This document shows positions 1-9,581 of a stretch of 64,000 nucleotides of DNA, one piece after another. The DNA comes from an uncultured bacterium (GTDB lineage Bacteria; Abyssobacteria; SURF-5). The notes below the pieces were generated by a model, which saw only the letters and a list, made by a program, of their open reading frames with translations, made no database searches and was not told the origin of the DNA. The stretch lies in assembly GCA_964607485.1 (NCBI GenBank), contig CAZSKP010000008.1, positions 64,001-128,000 of the forward strand, read 5' to 3'. The translations under genes were made by a program, and so were the position numbers. The stretch's first letter is position 1; each line of letters begins with the position of its first letter.

Positions 1-1
1 G

Positions 2-448
2 CTGAATCTTGTCTATAATCCCGGCGGTCCGTTCCTGCCGCCTGAGCAGTCGGCGCTCGAGGACGACTACCGGCGCGAGCTGGGCGGGCGCTTCGGCATC
101 ACCTTCTCCCGACTGCTGACCATCACCAACATGCCCATAGGCCGGTTTCAGGCTGAGTTGCGTCGGGAGGACCGCGAGCACGAATATCTTCGGCTTCTGC
201 AGGAATCGTTCAATCCGACCACCGTCGACGGCCTGATGTGCAGGCATCAGCTCAGCGTCGGCTGGAACGGAAAGTTGTACGATTGCGACTTCAACCTCTC
301 TCTCGGTCATGCCGTGAATCATGGCGCGCCCGACCACATCCGATACTTCGACCCGTCGCTTCTGAGAGCGCGCCGGATAGTCACCGGAGAGCATTGCTTC
401 GGCTGCACGGCCGGCTTCGGGTCGTCGTGCGGGGGCGCTCTCATATGA
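2..448 (+). CDS. arsS: Radical SAM protein of the ArsS (arsenosugar biosynthesis)/DUF3641 family, C-terminal part (truncated by window edge)
   Basis: Frame open from base 2: LNLVYNPGGPFLPP...TITNMPIGRF...LMCRHQLSVGWNGKLYDCDFN...HCFGCTAGFGSSCGGAL, the characteristic C-terminus of this family; neighbourhood fits. Confidence 0.85.
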   Translation: MNLVYNPGGPFLPPEQSALEDDYRRELGGRFGITFSRLLTITNMPIGRFQAELRREDREHEYLRLLQESFNPTTVDGLMCRHQLSVGWNGKLYDCDFNLSLGHAVNHGAPDHIRYFDPSLLRARRIVTGEHCFGCTAGFGSSCGGALI

Positions 449-499
449 GCTATCCCGCGAAGGGATAATGGGAACATCAGGGAAAGGAGTGAACCGAGA

Positions 500-1336
500 A
501 TGCGCGTGATTACCGCCATCATCGGACTCGGCATGCTGCTGCTTGCAGCCGATGCCACGGCAGTTGCCGGGCAGGGCTTTGATTACGGCGACTACGGCGA
601 CGTGCTCGCAGCGTATGTGAACGACCAGGGCATGGTCGATTACGAGGGACTCAAGGCTCACAGAGAAAAGCTTGATGCGTTTGCCACTGCGCTCGCGACG
701 CTCGACCCGACGGTCTATGACCAATGGACGGAAAAGCAGAAGCTCGCCTTCTGGATCAACGCATACAACGCTCTCACCCTTCAAACGATCATCAATCACT
801 ATCCCATTCAATCCTCACTTTTCGAGTCCTTGCTTTATCCCAAGAACAGCATCCGCCAGATTTCGGGAGTATGGGACGAGCTGCAGTTCGCCGTGATGGG
901 ACAAAAGATGACACTCGACCATATCGAGCACGAGAACCTTCGCAAGAACTTCAACGAACCGCGAATACACATGGCGCTGGTGTGCGCGGCGATGGGCTGT
1001 CCGCCGCTTCGCAACGAGCCGTATGTGGGCGACAGGCTCGACGCCCAGCTCGACGACCAGACCCGGCGCTTCCTGCAGAATCCGCAGAAATTCCGCATCG
1101 ACCCGGTCAACGGACGCGTCTATCTGTCGTCGATTTTCAAGTGGTTCGGACAAGACTTCATCAAAAAGTACGGAACGGACGAGAAGTTCGCGGGCAAGAG
1201 CGACGCAGAGCGGGCGGTGCTGAACTTCATCAGCGGATACGTCGATGAAGATATCGCCAAATACCTTGCCACGGGGAAATATGACGTGGAGTACCTCGAC
1301 TACGACTGGTCGCTGAATGAACAGAAGGGGAAATAG
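500..1336 (+). CDS. DUF547 domain secreted protein
   Basis: Signal peptide; AFWINAYNA, EPRIHMALVCAAMGCPPL, LSSIFKWF, YDWSLN motifs. Confidence 0.9.
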   Translation: MRVITAIIGLGMLLLAADATAVAGQGFDYGDYGDVLAAYVNDQGMVDYEGLKAHREKLDAFATALATLDPTVYDQWTEKQKLAFWINAYNALTLQTIINHYPIQSSLFESLLYPKNSIRQISGVWDELQFAVMGQKMTLDHIEHENLRKNFNEPRIHMALVCAAMGCPPLRNEPYVGDRLDAQLDDQTRRFLQNPQKFRIDPVNGRVYLSSIFKWFGQDFIKKYGTDEKFAGKSDAERAVLNFISGYVDEDIAKYLATGKYDVEYLDYDWSLNEQKGK

Positions 1337-1357
1337 CGCGGCAGGGGGTCGGATAAA

Positions 1358-2092
1358 ATGAACTCTCCCGAGACGCATGTCGGCGACACGGATGCGGGCG
1401 GCCGTTCGAGCAAGAGAGGCAAGGCTCAGGGCCTGTGGCGGCCGGTCGCGCTCATCGTCGCCCTTGTGGCCGTCATCGCGCTGGCGAGGGTGTTCGGGCT
1501 GGGCGAGCGGCTTGGCGCTCTGCGCGACTGGATTCATGCGCTCGGCCCGTGGGGTCCGGCTGTTTTCGTGTTGCTGTATGCGGCGGCGGTGGTCGCGGCC
1601 CTTCCCGGCTCGGCGCTCACGGTGGCCGCAGGAGCGCTGTTCGGGTCGGTGCTCGGTGTTGTTGTGGTCAGCATCGCGGCCACGCTGGGGGCCAGCCTGG
1701 CTTTTCTGGTTTCGCGCTACTTCGCCAGGGACGCCGTCGCCCGGTGGCTTTCCACGAAAGAGAAATTTCGCCGGCTTGACCGGCTCACCGAAGAGCACGG
1801 CGCGGTCATGGTCGCGCTGACGCGGCTGGTGCCTATATTTCCGTTCAATCTCCTCAATTACGGCTTCGGCCTCACGCGGGTGAAATTTTGGACCTATGTG
1901 TTCTGGTCCTGGCTGTGCATGCTGCCCGGAACCGTTCTGTACGTTGTCGGAGCCGACGCTTTCGCCAAGGGCATCTCTCAAGGACGGATACCGTGGGCCT
2001 TGATTGTGATATTGGCGCTCGCAGCCGTCATCCTTGCGCTTCTGGTGCGCTACGCGCGCCGAAGGCTGCAAGCCAAGGAGATGAAGACTTAG
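1358..2092 (+). CDS. TVP38/TMEM64 (DedA/VTT, SNARE-associated) membrane protein
   Basis: Multiple TM helices; LPGSALTVAAGALFG and RLVPIFPFNLLNYGFGLT motifs. Confidence 0.9.
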   Translation: MNSPETHVGDTDAGGRSSKRGKAQGLWRPVALIVALVAVIALARVFGLGERLGALRDWIHALGPWGPAVFVLLYAAAVVAALPGSALTVAAGALFGSVLGVVVVSIAATLGASLAFLVSRYFARDAVARWLSTKEKFRRLDRLTEEHGAVMVALTRLVPIFPFNLLNYGFGLTRVKFWTYVFWSWLCMLPGTVLYVVGADAFAKGISQGRIPWALIVILALAAVILALLVRYARRRLQAKEMKT

Positions 2093-2125
2093 GCCTGAAA
2101 GGCTTTCGCAAAAGGGAGTGTGCCG

Positions 2126-3646
2126 ATGGTTGAGACGACCGAAGTGTTGCCCAAAGACGAGCACAACACGACACTCGTTTCCAATGCGCATCCGCCGGAT
2201 TGGACAAACCCCGAGCCCGCGCGGCGCTACAACCTTGTGGTCATCGGAGGGGGCACCGCGGGGCTGGTGACCGCCGCAGGCGCGGCCGGCCTCGGAGCGA
2301 AGGTTGCGCTCGTCGAGCGGCATCTGCTTGGGGGCGACTGCCTGAACGTGGGCTGTGTGCCCTCGAAATGCCTCATCCGTTCCTCGCGAGTGAGCGCCGA
2401 TATCCGCGACGCTCATCACTTCGGCGTGCGCGTGCCGGAGGGCGCGGAGGCGGACTTCCCCGCCGTCATGGAGCGGATGCGGCGACTGCGTGCCCGGGTC
2501 AGCCACCACGATTCGGCCTTGCGGTTCCGCGAGCTGGGCGTGGACGTGTTCATTGGAGAAGGTCGGTTCTCCGGCCCCGACACGGTCGAGGTCGCGGGAA
2601 AGACGCTGCGATTCAAGAAAGCCGTCGTCGCCACGGGCGCACGAGCCATTCAGCCGCCCATCGACGGACTGGCAGAGGCGGGGTATCTCACCAACGAGAC
2701 CGTCTTCTCCCTGACGGAGCTTCCGCGCCGGCTGGTCGTCCTCGGGGCGGGCCCGCTGGGCTGCGAACTGGCGCAGGCATTCCACAGACTCGGCAGCAAC
2801 GTCACCGTCATCGAGATGGCGCCGCAGATCCTGATCCGCGAAGACCCGGACGCCGCCCGAATCATAGCGGAAGCCCTTGGACGGGACGGAATCGACGTAA
2901 AGTTGAATTCTACGGTCAAAAGTGTTATAACCACAGGTGGCGAAAAGGCAGTGCATCTGGAACGCGACGGGACGACAGAAACCGTCACAGTCGATGAGAT
3001 ACTCATCGGCGCCGGCCGGGCTCCCAACGTGGAGGGCCTGAACCTCGAGGCCGTCGGCGTCGAGTATAATAGACAGGCGGGAGTCGTCGTGGACGACACG
3101 CTGAAAACCACCAATCCTCGCATCTATGCGGCAGGCGACATCTGCCTGATTTATAAGTTCACCCATACCGCCGACGCGACGGCGAGGATTGTGATTCAGA
3201 ACGCCCTTTTCTGGGGACGCAAGAAGCTGAGCGCCCTGACGATCCCGTGGTGCACCTACACCGACCCGGAGATCGCGCACGTCGGAATGTATGAGAAGGA
3301 CACCCGGGAAAAGGGCATTCCCTTGGAGACCTTCACGAGACCCCTGAGCGAGGTGGACCGCGCCGTCGTTGACGGCGAGGAGGAAGGACTGGTGAAGGTG
3401 CACCTCAGAAAGGGAACCGACGAAATTCTGGGAGCTACGGTCGTCGCCCGACATGCGGGAGAGATGATCAGCGAGATCACCCTGGCTATGGTGGGAGGGT
3501 TGGGCCTCAAGACCATCGCGAACGTCATTCACCCGTATCCGACTCAGGCCGAGGCCATCAAGCAGGTGGCCGATGCCTATAACCGCACCCGACTGACGCC
3601 CTTTGTCAAGAACTTGTTCACTCGTTTGCTGGCTTGGCAGCGATAG
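2126..3646 (+). CDS. Pyridine nucleotide-disulfide oxidoreductase (mercuric reductase/dihydrolipoamide dehydrogenase-like)
   Basis: IGGGTAG FAD motif, GGDCLNVGCVPSK redox disulfide, GAGPLGCE, YTDPEIAHVG, HPYPTQAE; ATG 2126 chosen from RBS AAAGGGAG. Confidence 0.9.
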   Translation: MVETTEVLPKDEHNTTLVSNAHPPDWTNPEPARRYNLVVIGGGTAGLVTAAGAAGLGAKVALVERHLLGGDCLNVGCVPSKCLIRSSRVSADIRDAHHFGVRVPEGAEADFPAVMERMRRLRARVSHHDSALRFRELGVDVFIGEGRFSGPDTVEVAGKTLRFKKAVVATGARAIQPPIDGLAEAGYLTNETVFSLTELPRRLVVLGAGPLGCELAQAFHRLGSNVTVIEMAPQILIREDPDAARIIAEALGRDGIDVKLNSTVKSVITTGGEKAVHLERDGTTETVTVDEILIGAGRAPNVEGLNLEAVGVEYNRQAGVVVDDTLKTTNPRIYAAGDICLIYKFTHTADATARIVIQNALFWGRKKLSALTIPWCTYTDPEIAHVGMYEKDTREKGIPLETFTRPLSEVDRAVVDGEEEGLVKVHLRKGTDEILGATVVARHAGEMISEITLAMVGGLGLKTIANVIHPYPTQAEAIKQVADAYNRTRLTPFVKNLFTRLLAWQR

Positions 3647-3743
3647 CACAAATTCGGGAGGAGGTGACGAACTGATAGGCGAGAAGGAACACGTCGTGGA
3701 ACAGGTTGCATGGCGCAATGGGTATTTGTGAAAGGAGTGTGGC

Positions 3744-4169
3744 ATGGGTAAGTCAATCTTTGCGATGATGATCGCGTTGGCGGTGACAATCTGTCTGGTG
3801 GGATGCTCGAAGAAAGAGACTCCTCCGGCCGAACCGACATCTGAGGAAGAGGTAGCAACGCCGGAAAGCACCGAGGCTATGCCGATGGAAGAGATGGAAG
3901 GCACCGCAACCAAGGCCATGGAAGAAGGCGCCGAGAAGGTGGAGGAGGGCACCGAGGAGATGGAGGAAGGCGCCGGCGAGATGATGGAGAAGGGCGGCGA
4001 GGAGATGAAGGAGCAAGGCGCCGAGATGATGGAAGAAGGCGCCAAGACGACGGAAGAGAAGACCGGCGAGATGACGGAGAAGACCGGCGAGATGATGGAG
4101 CAAGGCGCCCAGAAGGTGGAAGAAACCACCGAAACGAAGCCCGCGGAGGAGGCCAAGCCCGAGCAATAA
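3744..4169 (+). CDS. Acidic, Glu/Met-rich low-complexity lipoprotein
   Basis: RBS AAGGAG; lipobox LVGC; imperfect EEG(A/T)xEM repeats. Confidence 0.8.
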   Translation: MGKSIFAMMIALAVTICLVGCSKKETPPAEPTSEEEVATPESTEAMPMEEMEGTATKAMEEGAEKVEEGTEEMEEGAGEMMEKGGEEMKEQGAEMMEEGAKTTEEKTGEMTEKTGEMMEQGAQKVEETTETKPAEEAKPEQ

Positions 4170-4178
4170 AATATAGCA

Positions 4179-5666
4179 TTGCGTCCAAAAATCCAGCATG
4201 GCCGTGACATAGCAGATGCGACTGCTCCTGCCCCGGCGTTGATGCGACGATGGCTGAGGTGGGGACTGTGCGGCTCGTTGCTCGTTGGTCTCCACCTTGT
4301 GCTGGCTTTCATCTCACCCGGATTTGCCTACGGCGGGGACCTGCTTCAGAGACCAATTCTCCGGCTTGTCGGCATTGAGGCGCTGTGCGGTATCCTGTAT
4401 CTGATTGTGGTGCCGGACATCCGTCGTGCCCCTCGGAGCAAGTCATTGCTCGTATGGGTGATTGTCGTCGGTTCGGTGCTTCGGCTGAGCCTGCTATTCT
4501 CGACGCCCATGCTGGAGGACGACTACTATCGTTATCTGTGGGACGGGGCGGTCGTCGCGAACGGAATCAATCCCTATGCCTATGCGCCGGACCGTGTCGT
4601 CGAAGGGGGTGAGGATTCGGGCCCGGTTCCTTCCGTGCTTCACGAGCTCGCTTCGCAATCCGGAGTAGTCGCCTCACGGGTCAACCATCCCCACCTGCGT
4701 ACCGTCTACCCGCCGACCGCCCAGGCGGCATTCGCGCTGGCTTACTGGCTCCGTCCGTGGAGCATCACCGCGTTGCGCCTTGTGCTCCTCGCATTTGACC
4801 TCGCCGCGTTGGGTATCCTCATTGTCATCCTGCGAACGTTAGGCCTGCCACTCCTTTCGATGACCATATACTGGTGGAACCCGGTGCTCATCAAGGAAAT
4901 TTTCAATTCGACCCACATGGACGTAGTTGTGCTGCCGTTCGTGCTCGGGGCGGTGCTGTTGGCCGTTCGCCGCAGGCACGTGGCGGCCGCCGGAGCTCTG
5001 GCGCTGGCGACGGGCGCCAAGCTCTGGCCGGTGGTGCTCCTGCCGGTTGTGCTGCGACCCATCCTATCCCGCCCTTCAAGGCTCATCCCGGCGCTGTGCC
5101 TGTTCGGCCTTGTGGTGGGCGCAATATTTGTTCCGGTGGTGGCCGCCGGGGGTGGGGGGGGCTCGGGGTTGACGGCGTTTGGTCAGCGCGGGGGGATTGA
5201 CGCCCCGCGGTTGATGGTTTTGCTGTGGGGGGGGGGGTTCGTGGTGAACAGCGCCGGGCTGGGCGCGGCTCATGCGCGGTTCGCCGCCCGCGTTTTCGTG
5301 TCGCTGATTCTCATCGTGTGGATCGCCTGGCTCATTCGGAGGGAGTCCAGCGACCCCGCCGATTTCTGCGAGAGGTGTCTCCTGATAGTGGCGGCGGTCT
5401 TCCTGTTCAGTCCCGCACAGTTCCCCCACTATTACATCTGGATCGTGCCGTTCCTGGCGATTCGGCCGCGGGCGTCGCTGCTGCTGTTGACCGTTCTGCT
5501 GCCGCTCTACTATCTGCGGTTCTATCTCTATGCCCACGACAAGGTGAACATCTTCGACTACGGCGTCGTGTGGCTGGAGTACGTGCCCGTCTGGTGTCTC
5601 CTGATTCGAGAATGGCGTCTCGACCGTCGGCACCGCCCGCTTTCACCCTCGGAGGCCGCCGCCTGA
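4179..5666 (+). CDS. GT-C fold (GT87/DUF2029-like) polytopic glycosyltransferase
   Basis: EDDYYRYLWDG, NPYAYAP, VNHPHLRTVYPP, YWWNP, HMD motifs; many TM helices; start uncertain (4179 TTG or 4242 ATG). Confidence 0.8.
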   Translation: MRPKIQHGRDIADATAPAPALMRRWLRWGLCGSLLVGLHLVLAFISPGFAYGGDLLQRPILRLVGIEALCGILYLIVVPDIRRAPRSKSLLVWVIVVGSVLRLSLLFSTPMLEDDYYRYLWDGAVVANGINPYAYAPDRVVEGGEDSGPVPSVLHELASQSGVVASRVNHPHLRTVYPPTAQAAFALAYWLRPWSITALRLVLLAFDLAALGILIVILRTLGLPLLSMTIYWWNPVLIKEIFNSTHMDVVVLPFVLGAVLLAVRRRHVAAAGALALATGAKLWPVVLLPVVLRPILSRPSRLIPALCLFGLVVGAIFVPVVAAGGGGGSGLTAFGQRGGIDAPRLMVLLWGGGFVVNSAGLGAAHARFAARVFVSLILIVWIAWLIRRESSDPADFCERCLLIVAAVFLFSPAQFPHYYIWIVPFLAIRPRASLLLLTVLLPLYYLRFYLYAHDKVNIFDYGVVWLEYVPVWCLLIREWRLDRRHRPLSPSEAAA

Positions 5667-5667
5667 C

Positions 5668-7677
5668 ATGAGACACGAAGCCAATGTCGCCGTCATCATT
5701 CCCGCATTCAACGAGGAGCCGTCCGTCGGCAAAGTCGTCTCGGCCATTCCCGCATGGATTGACGATGTCGTCGTCGTGGACAACGGCTCGAGCGACGCCA
5801 CCGCCGAGGTCGCCCGCGCCCACGGAGCGCGTGTCGTTTCGGAGCCGCGGCGCGGCTACGGCTCGGCCTGCCTGACCGGCATCGCCGCCCTCAAAGGTCC
5901 CGGCGTAGTCGTTTTTCTCGACGCGGATTTCAGCGATTATCCCGAGGAGATGAGCCTGCTCGTGGACCCCATCGCACAGGGAGAGGCCGACATGGTCATC
6001 GGCTCCCGCACGCTGGGTCGGCGCGAATCCGGAGCGCTCACGCCGCAGGCGCGGTTCGGCAATTGGCTCGCCTGCACGCTCATCCGCCTGCTCTGGAAGG
6101 TCAGCTACTCCGACCTCGGGCCCTTCCGGGCCGTCCGACTTGCCACGCTCCGGCGTCTCGACATGCGCGACCGTAACTACGGCTGGACGGTCGAAATGCA
6201 GATCAAGGCGGCGCGTGAGGGAATCAGAATCAGGGAGGCGCCGGTCAGCTACCGAAGGCGGATAGGGAAGTCGAAGGTGTCCGGAACAGTCAGGGGCGTG
6301 CTCGGAGCAGGCACGAAGATTCTTTACACCATTTTCCTCGCTGCGGCCGGGGCGCTTCCGGGTGACGAAGAGAGAGCGCCTCGCGAGCGTCTGATTGTTT
6401 TCACGCGCTATCCGGAGCCGGGCAAGACCAAGAGCCGCCTTATTCCCGTTCTTGGAGCGGAGGGCGCCGCCGAGTTTCAGAGGCAGATGACCGAGCACGC
6501 CATGGCACAGGCGAGGGAGGTCATAAACGAACGTTTAGTATCAGTTGAGGTGCGATATGAGGGTGGCGATAAACGACTGATAAGAAAATGGTTAGGACCA
6601 GGCCTCTCCTATTGCCCGCAGGGCAACGGCGGCCTCGGCGAGCGGATGGCGCGCGCATTCCGCGAGGCGTTCGAGGCCGGGATGGAGCGGGTGGTGCTTG
6701 TGGGAACGGACTGCCCGAGCCGCACGGCGGCTATCATGCAGGGGGCATTCGACGCACTGATTGGAAGCGACCTCGTGCTCGGACCGGCCAGCGACGGCGG
6801 CTACTATCTGATCGGTCTGCGGCGGATGGCGCCGGAGTTGTTCGTGGACATGCCGTGGGGAACGGCAGAGGTGATGAAGCGCACGATGAACGTTGCAGAG
6901 CGCGTCGGCATATCGACCGTGGTGTTGGAGACGCTGGACGACGTGGACCGGCCGGAGGATCTTCCCGTATGGGAACGGGAGGTGCGGGGCCGCTCGGCGA
7001 TGCGCGTGTCCGTCATTGTCCCGACGCTCAACGAGGCGCTCACCGTCGCCGCGACGCTGGCGAGCATCGGGGACGCGTCGGACATGGAGGTCATCGTTGT
7101 GGACGGGGGCAGCAGCGACGAGACCGTGGAAGCGGCGAGGGCGTTTGATGTGAAGATACTCGTCTCGGCCCCCGGCAGAGCCAAACAAATGAACGCGGGC
7201 GCGGCCGCCGCGACGGGCGACGCGCTCCTGTTCCTCCATGCCGACACTCGTCTGCCGCGAGGTTTCGAGGAGCATGTGCGTCGGACGCTGGACCGGCCCG
7301 GGGCGGTCGCGGGAGCTTTTCGACTGAGAATCGACGCGCCGGCGCGAAGGTTCAGGGCCATCGAGCGAGTGATCAATTGGCGGTCCGGACGCTTGCAGAT
7401 GCCGTACGGCGACCAGGCGCTCTTCCTGAGGGCGCGTCTGTTTCGCGAGATGGGTGGTTTTCCGGACATCCCGATCATGGAAGACTTTGAATTTGTGAGG
7501 CGTCTGCGCCGGCGGGGCACCGTCGGCATCGTTTTCCTTCCCGTCGTCACTTCTGCGCGCCGGTGGCTGGCTCTGGGCCCATGGCGAACGACCCTCTTCA
7601 ATCAGATGGCGATTGCGGCTTACTACGCGGGCGTCTCGCTGCCGCGCATCGCACGGTGGTATCGCCGCGACTTCTGA
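5668..7677 (+). CDS. Fusion of GT2 glycosyltransferase + TIGR04282/DUF2064-type transferase + TIGR04283-type GT2
   Basis: N-term IIPAFNEE/VVDNGSSD/FLDAD/DLGPFRA/GWTVEMQ; middle FTRYPEPGKTKSRL/GLGERM/GTDCP/GPASDGGYYLIG/DDVDRPED; C-term IVPTLNE/VDGGSSD/GRAKQMNAGA/FLHADT/PYGDQ/MEDFEF/TSARRW. Confidence 0.9.
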   Translation: MRHEANVAVIIPAFNEEPSVGKVVSAIPAWIDDVVVVDNGSSDATAEVARAHGARVVSEPRRGYGSACLTGIAALKGPGVVVFLDADFSDYPEEMSLLVDPIAQGEADMVIGSRTLGRRESGALTPQARFGNWLACTLIRLLWKVSYSDLGPFRAVRLATLRRLDMRDRNYGWTVEMQIKAAREGIRIREAPVSYRRRIGKSKVSGTVRGVLGAGTKILYTIFLAAAGALPGDEERAPRERLIVFTRYPEPGKTKSRLIPVLGAEGAAEFQRQMTEHAMAQAREVINERLVSVEVRYEGGDKRLIRKWLGPGLSYCPQGNGGLGERMARAFREAFEAGMERVVLVGTDCPSRTAAIMQGAFDALIGSDLVLGPASDGGYYLIGLRRMAPELFVDMPWGTAEVMKRTMNVAERVGISTVVLETLDDVDRPEDLPVWEREVRGRSAMRVSVIVPTLNEALTVAATLASIGDASDMEVIVVDGGSSDETVEAARAFDVKILVSAPGRAKQMNAGAAAATGDALLFLHADTRLPRGFEEHVRRTLDRPGAVAGAFRLRIDAPARRFRAIERVINWRSGRLQMPYGDQALFLRARLFREMGGFPDIPIMEDFEFVRRLRRRGTVGIVFLPVVTSARRWLALGPWRTTLFNQMAIAAYYAGVSLPRIARWYRRDF

Positions 7678-7686
7678 GAGCAAGCA

Positions 7687-7824
7687 GGGCAGGCACAGGG
7701 GCCTGCCCCTACATTCACTCGCATGGTTGTCCGTTGTTCGGCAACCATCTTGCCCTTGTGACGTACCTGCTCTCTGACAGTATGCATACACTCACCGTAG
7801 GGGGGCACGGCCGTGCGCCCCTAC
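7687..7824. repeat. Two GTAG-type REP palindromes
   Basis: 7687-7712 is the reverse complement of GTAGGGGCAGGCCCCTGTGCCTGCCC; 7797-7824 GTAGGGGGGCACGGCCGTGCGCCCCTAC. Confidence 0.8.
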
Positions 7825-7957
7825 ACAATTTTCCCTCACAACTGCCAATTGTGTCGCACACTCGATTCGGATTTTTTGTTGAAATTCCCCGCGCGTACTG
7901 TTAGAATTTATATACCTACGGTTTGGGAAGGACCGCCAGAGTGAAGGAGGGGAGGCG

Positions 7958-9502
7958 GTGGTCCCGATTCTACCATTCTTCAGGATGGGAGTAGTCATCC
8001 TCATTCTCGCACTTTCTTCCTCGAACGCAGCCGCAGTCATAACAGACACTTCGAATATCATTGTCAGAGAGGGCGTTGGATTCGGCGATATCATTCTTGG
8101 CAACCGCCGGTGCACCAAGGAATTCATCAAGTCGAAGCTGGGACCTCCGGATAAGGAAATAAAGCACTGGATTAGTTACCAAAGCACCACCGGCTTGGAT
8201 TTCTTGATGGCGAATAGAGGGGATTTACTGATTGAGATCAGGCTGAACAGGGGATTCAGGGGCAAGCTGAGCACAAACATCTCTCTCTCCTCCTTGATGG
8301 ATGATGTATTCTCTGTGTACGGTAGGCCGGTGGCTGAAGAGTTTGTTGACAACATTCAGCCGTGTTTTGACAACAGGAAACTATATAGACAAGGAAACAT
8401 TGGCAAACTGTTCTATAACGAATACGGATTACTGTTCTGGTTCAGCGGGAATCGAATAACCCAGATAGTGGTTTTTAGAACGGGCCCGGGTGCCCCGCCT
8501 TTACCAAAGCCGCTTCAAATCAAGCCACGGGTGGCGATCAAGCCCCAGGAGGTGATCAAGCCCCTGGAGGCGAAAGTGGTGACAACATTCGACGTGCCGA
8601 TTGATCGGCGCTATCCCCGGTGGGGTCCGCTGGTGCGAATCAACAGGCTTTGGGACTTTGTGAAGATGCTCTGGGTGTACTGGTATTATACGCTCGCCGC
8701 GCTCGTGACCTTGGGATTTCTCCTGAAGGATTCCATTCGGAAGCTGTACTACCGCTGGCGGCCTTTGCCTGAGGGCAGGCTTTTGATTGTGAAGGGCCCC
8801 ACCAGGGCGGAGAAGAGCAACATCAACATATGGTATCAAGCCAGGCTGCTCAGGAAAAGGCGGCTGACTGTCGGCTCGGGAGAGGGAGTGGACATTCGTC
8901 TCTCTCACAAATCGGTGGAACCGCTGCATGCCCGGGTCTGTGCACGCAGGTTCGAGGGGCATGTGGTCACCTACATCGAGAGACTGGGGGGCGGAAAGGT
9001 CGCCGTCAACGACGTGTGTGAACGGATCATGCCGCTGGCCGACAACGCCGACGTGAGGATTGGAGCGTTCCGATTCCAATATGAAAGACCGACCGAGTAT
9101 CGTCAGGTGCAGGTCCGTTACAGGAACGGCAGAGTGGTTGAGGGAGTGCCCACCTCGTGGGATATCAACAGCGCCGGGTTTACGCTGATTCCCAGCAGGG
9201 CGGCCTCGTGGGTCGAGGCGGTATTCATCCGTTTCGAAAAACTCAGGGGTGTTTACTTCATGCAGGACTGGGATGAAGACGTGCGCAACAACCTCCTCAA
9301 GGGCGGAAGACAGCTCCGCAAGCACCCGGCCACCATCTGCTTTAGAGATGACGAAGAGCTCCCCGGCTACCTGATAGGAGACTACCAAGAGCAGGCTCGG
9401 CGGTTCTATTTCTTTCCGAAGGACCAATCGGGCGAGACGGTATACATCCTGGTCGAGCGGCGCGGCGTCAAGTCGGTCGAACAGATGCAAGAAGCTCAAT
9501 GA
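7958..9502 (+). CDS. Membrane-anchored protein: extracytoplasmic N-domain, Pro-rich linker, TM helix, FHA-like domain and DUF6982-like C-terminal domain
   Basis: Signal peptide; LTVGSG..DIRLSHKSVEPLHARV..V.VND..VRIG (FHA-like); RYRNGRVVEG and FRDDEELPGY..FYFFPKD segments. Confidence 0.65.
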   Translation: MVPILPFFRMGVVILILALSSSNAAAVITDTSNIIVREGVGFGDIILGNRRCTKEFIKSKLGPPDKEIKHWISYQSTTGLDFLMANRGDLLIEIRLNRGFRGKLSTNISLSSLMDDVFSVYGRPVAEEFVDNIQPCFDNRKLYRQGNIGKLFYNEYGLLFWFSGNRITQIVVFRTGPGAPPLPKPLQIKPRVAIKPQEVIKPLEAKVVTTFDVPIDRRYPRWGPLVRINRLWDFVKMLWVYWYYTLAALVTLGFLLKDSIRKLYYRWRPLPEGRLLIVKGPTRAEKSNINIWYQARLLRKRRLTVGSGEGVDIRLSHKSVEPLHARVCARRFEGHVVTYIERLGGGKVAVNDVCERIMPLADNADVRIGAFRFQYERPTEYRQVQVRYRNGRVVEGVPTSWDINSAGFTLIPSRAASWVEAVFIRFEKLRGVYFMQDWDEDVRNNLLKGGRQLRKHPATICFRDDEELPGYLIGDYQEQARRFYFFPKDQSGETVYILVERRGVKSVEQMQEAQ

Positions 9503-9581
9503 CCCGGCTCGGTCATTGGTAGAACCAAGTCGCATGCCGTTTGGGAACGGGCAGAAGGGGCAGTAGCCGTACGGGGGGCCG

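Noticed and set aside
2126-3646. merA / mercury resistance call
   Set aside because: No C-terminal Cys pair, no HMA domain, no merR/merT/merP nearby
815-4312. Very long antisense ORFs (also 19083-20651, 21714-23462, 43763-45775, 48277-50901, 53759-54919)
   Set aside because: They shadow well-supported genes on the opposite strand, carry no recognisable motifs and are expected from GC-rich codon bias
5140-5240. G-runs in the GT87-like gene suggesting a G-quadruplex or phase-variable tract
   Set aside because: A local burst of G-rich substitutions gives an atypical Gly-rich peptide while keeping frame; more likely low-quality base calls than biology (needs read inspection)
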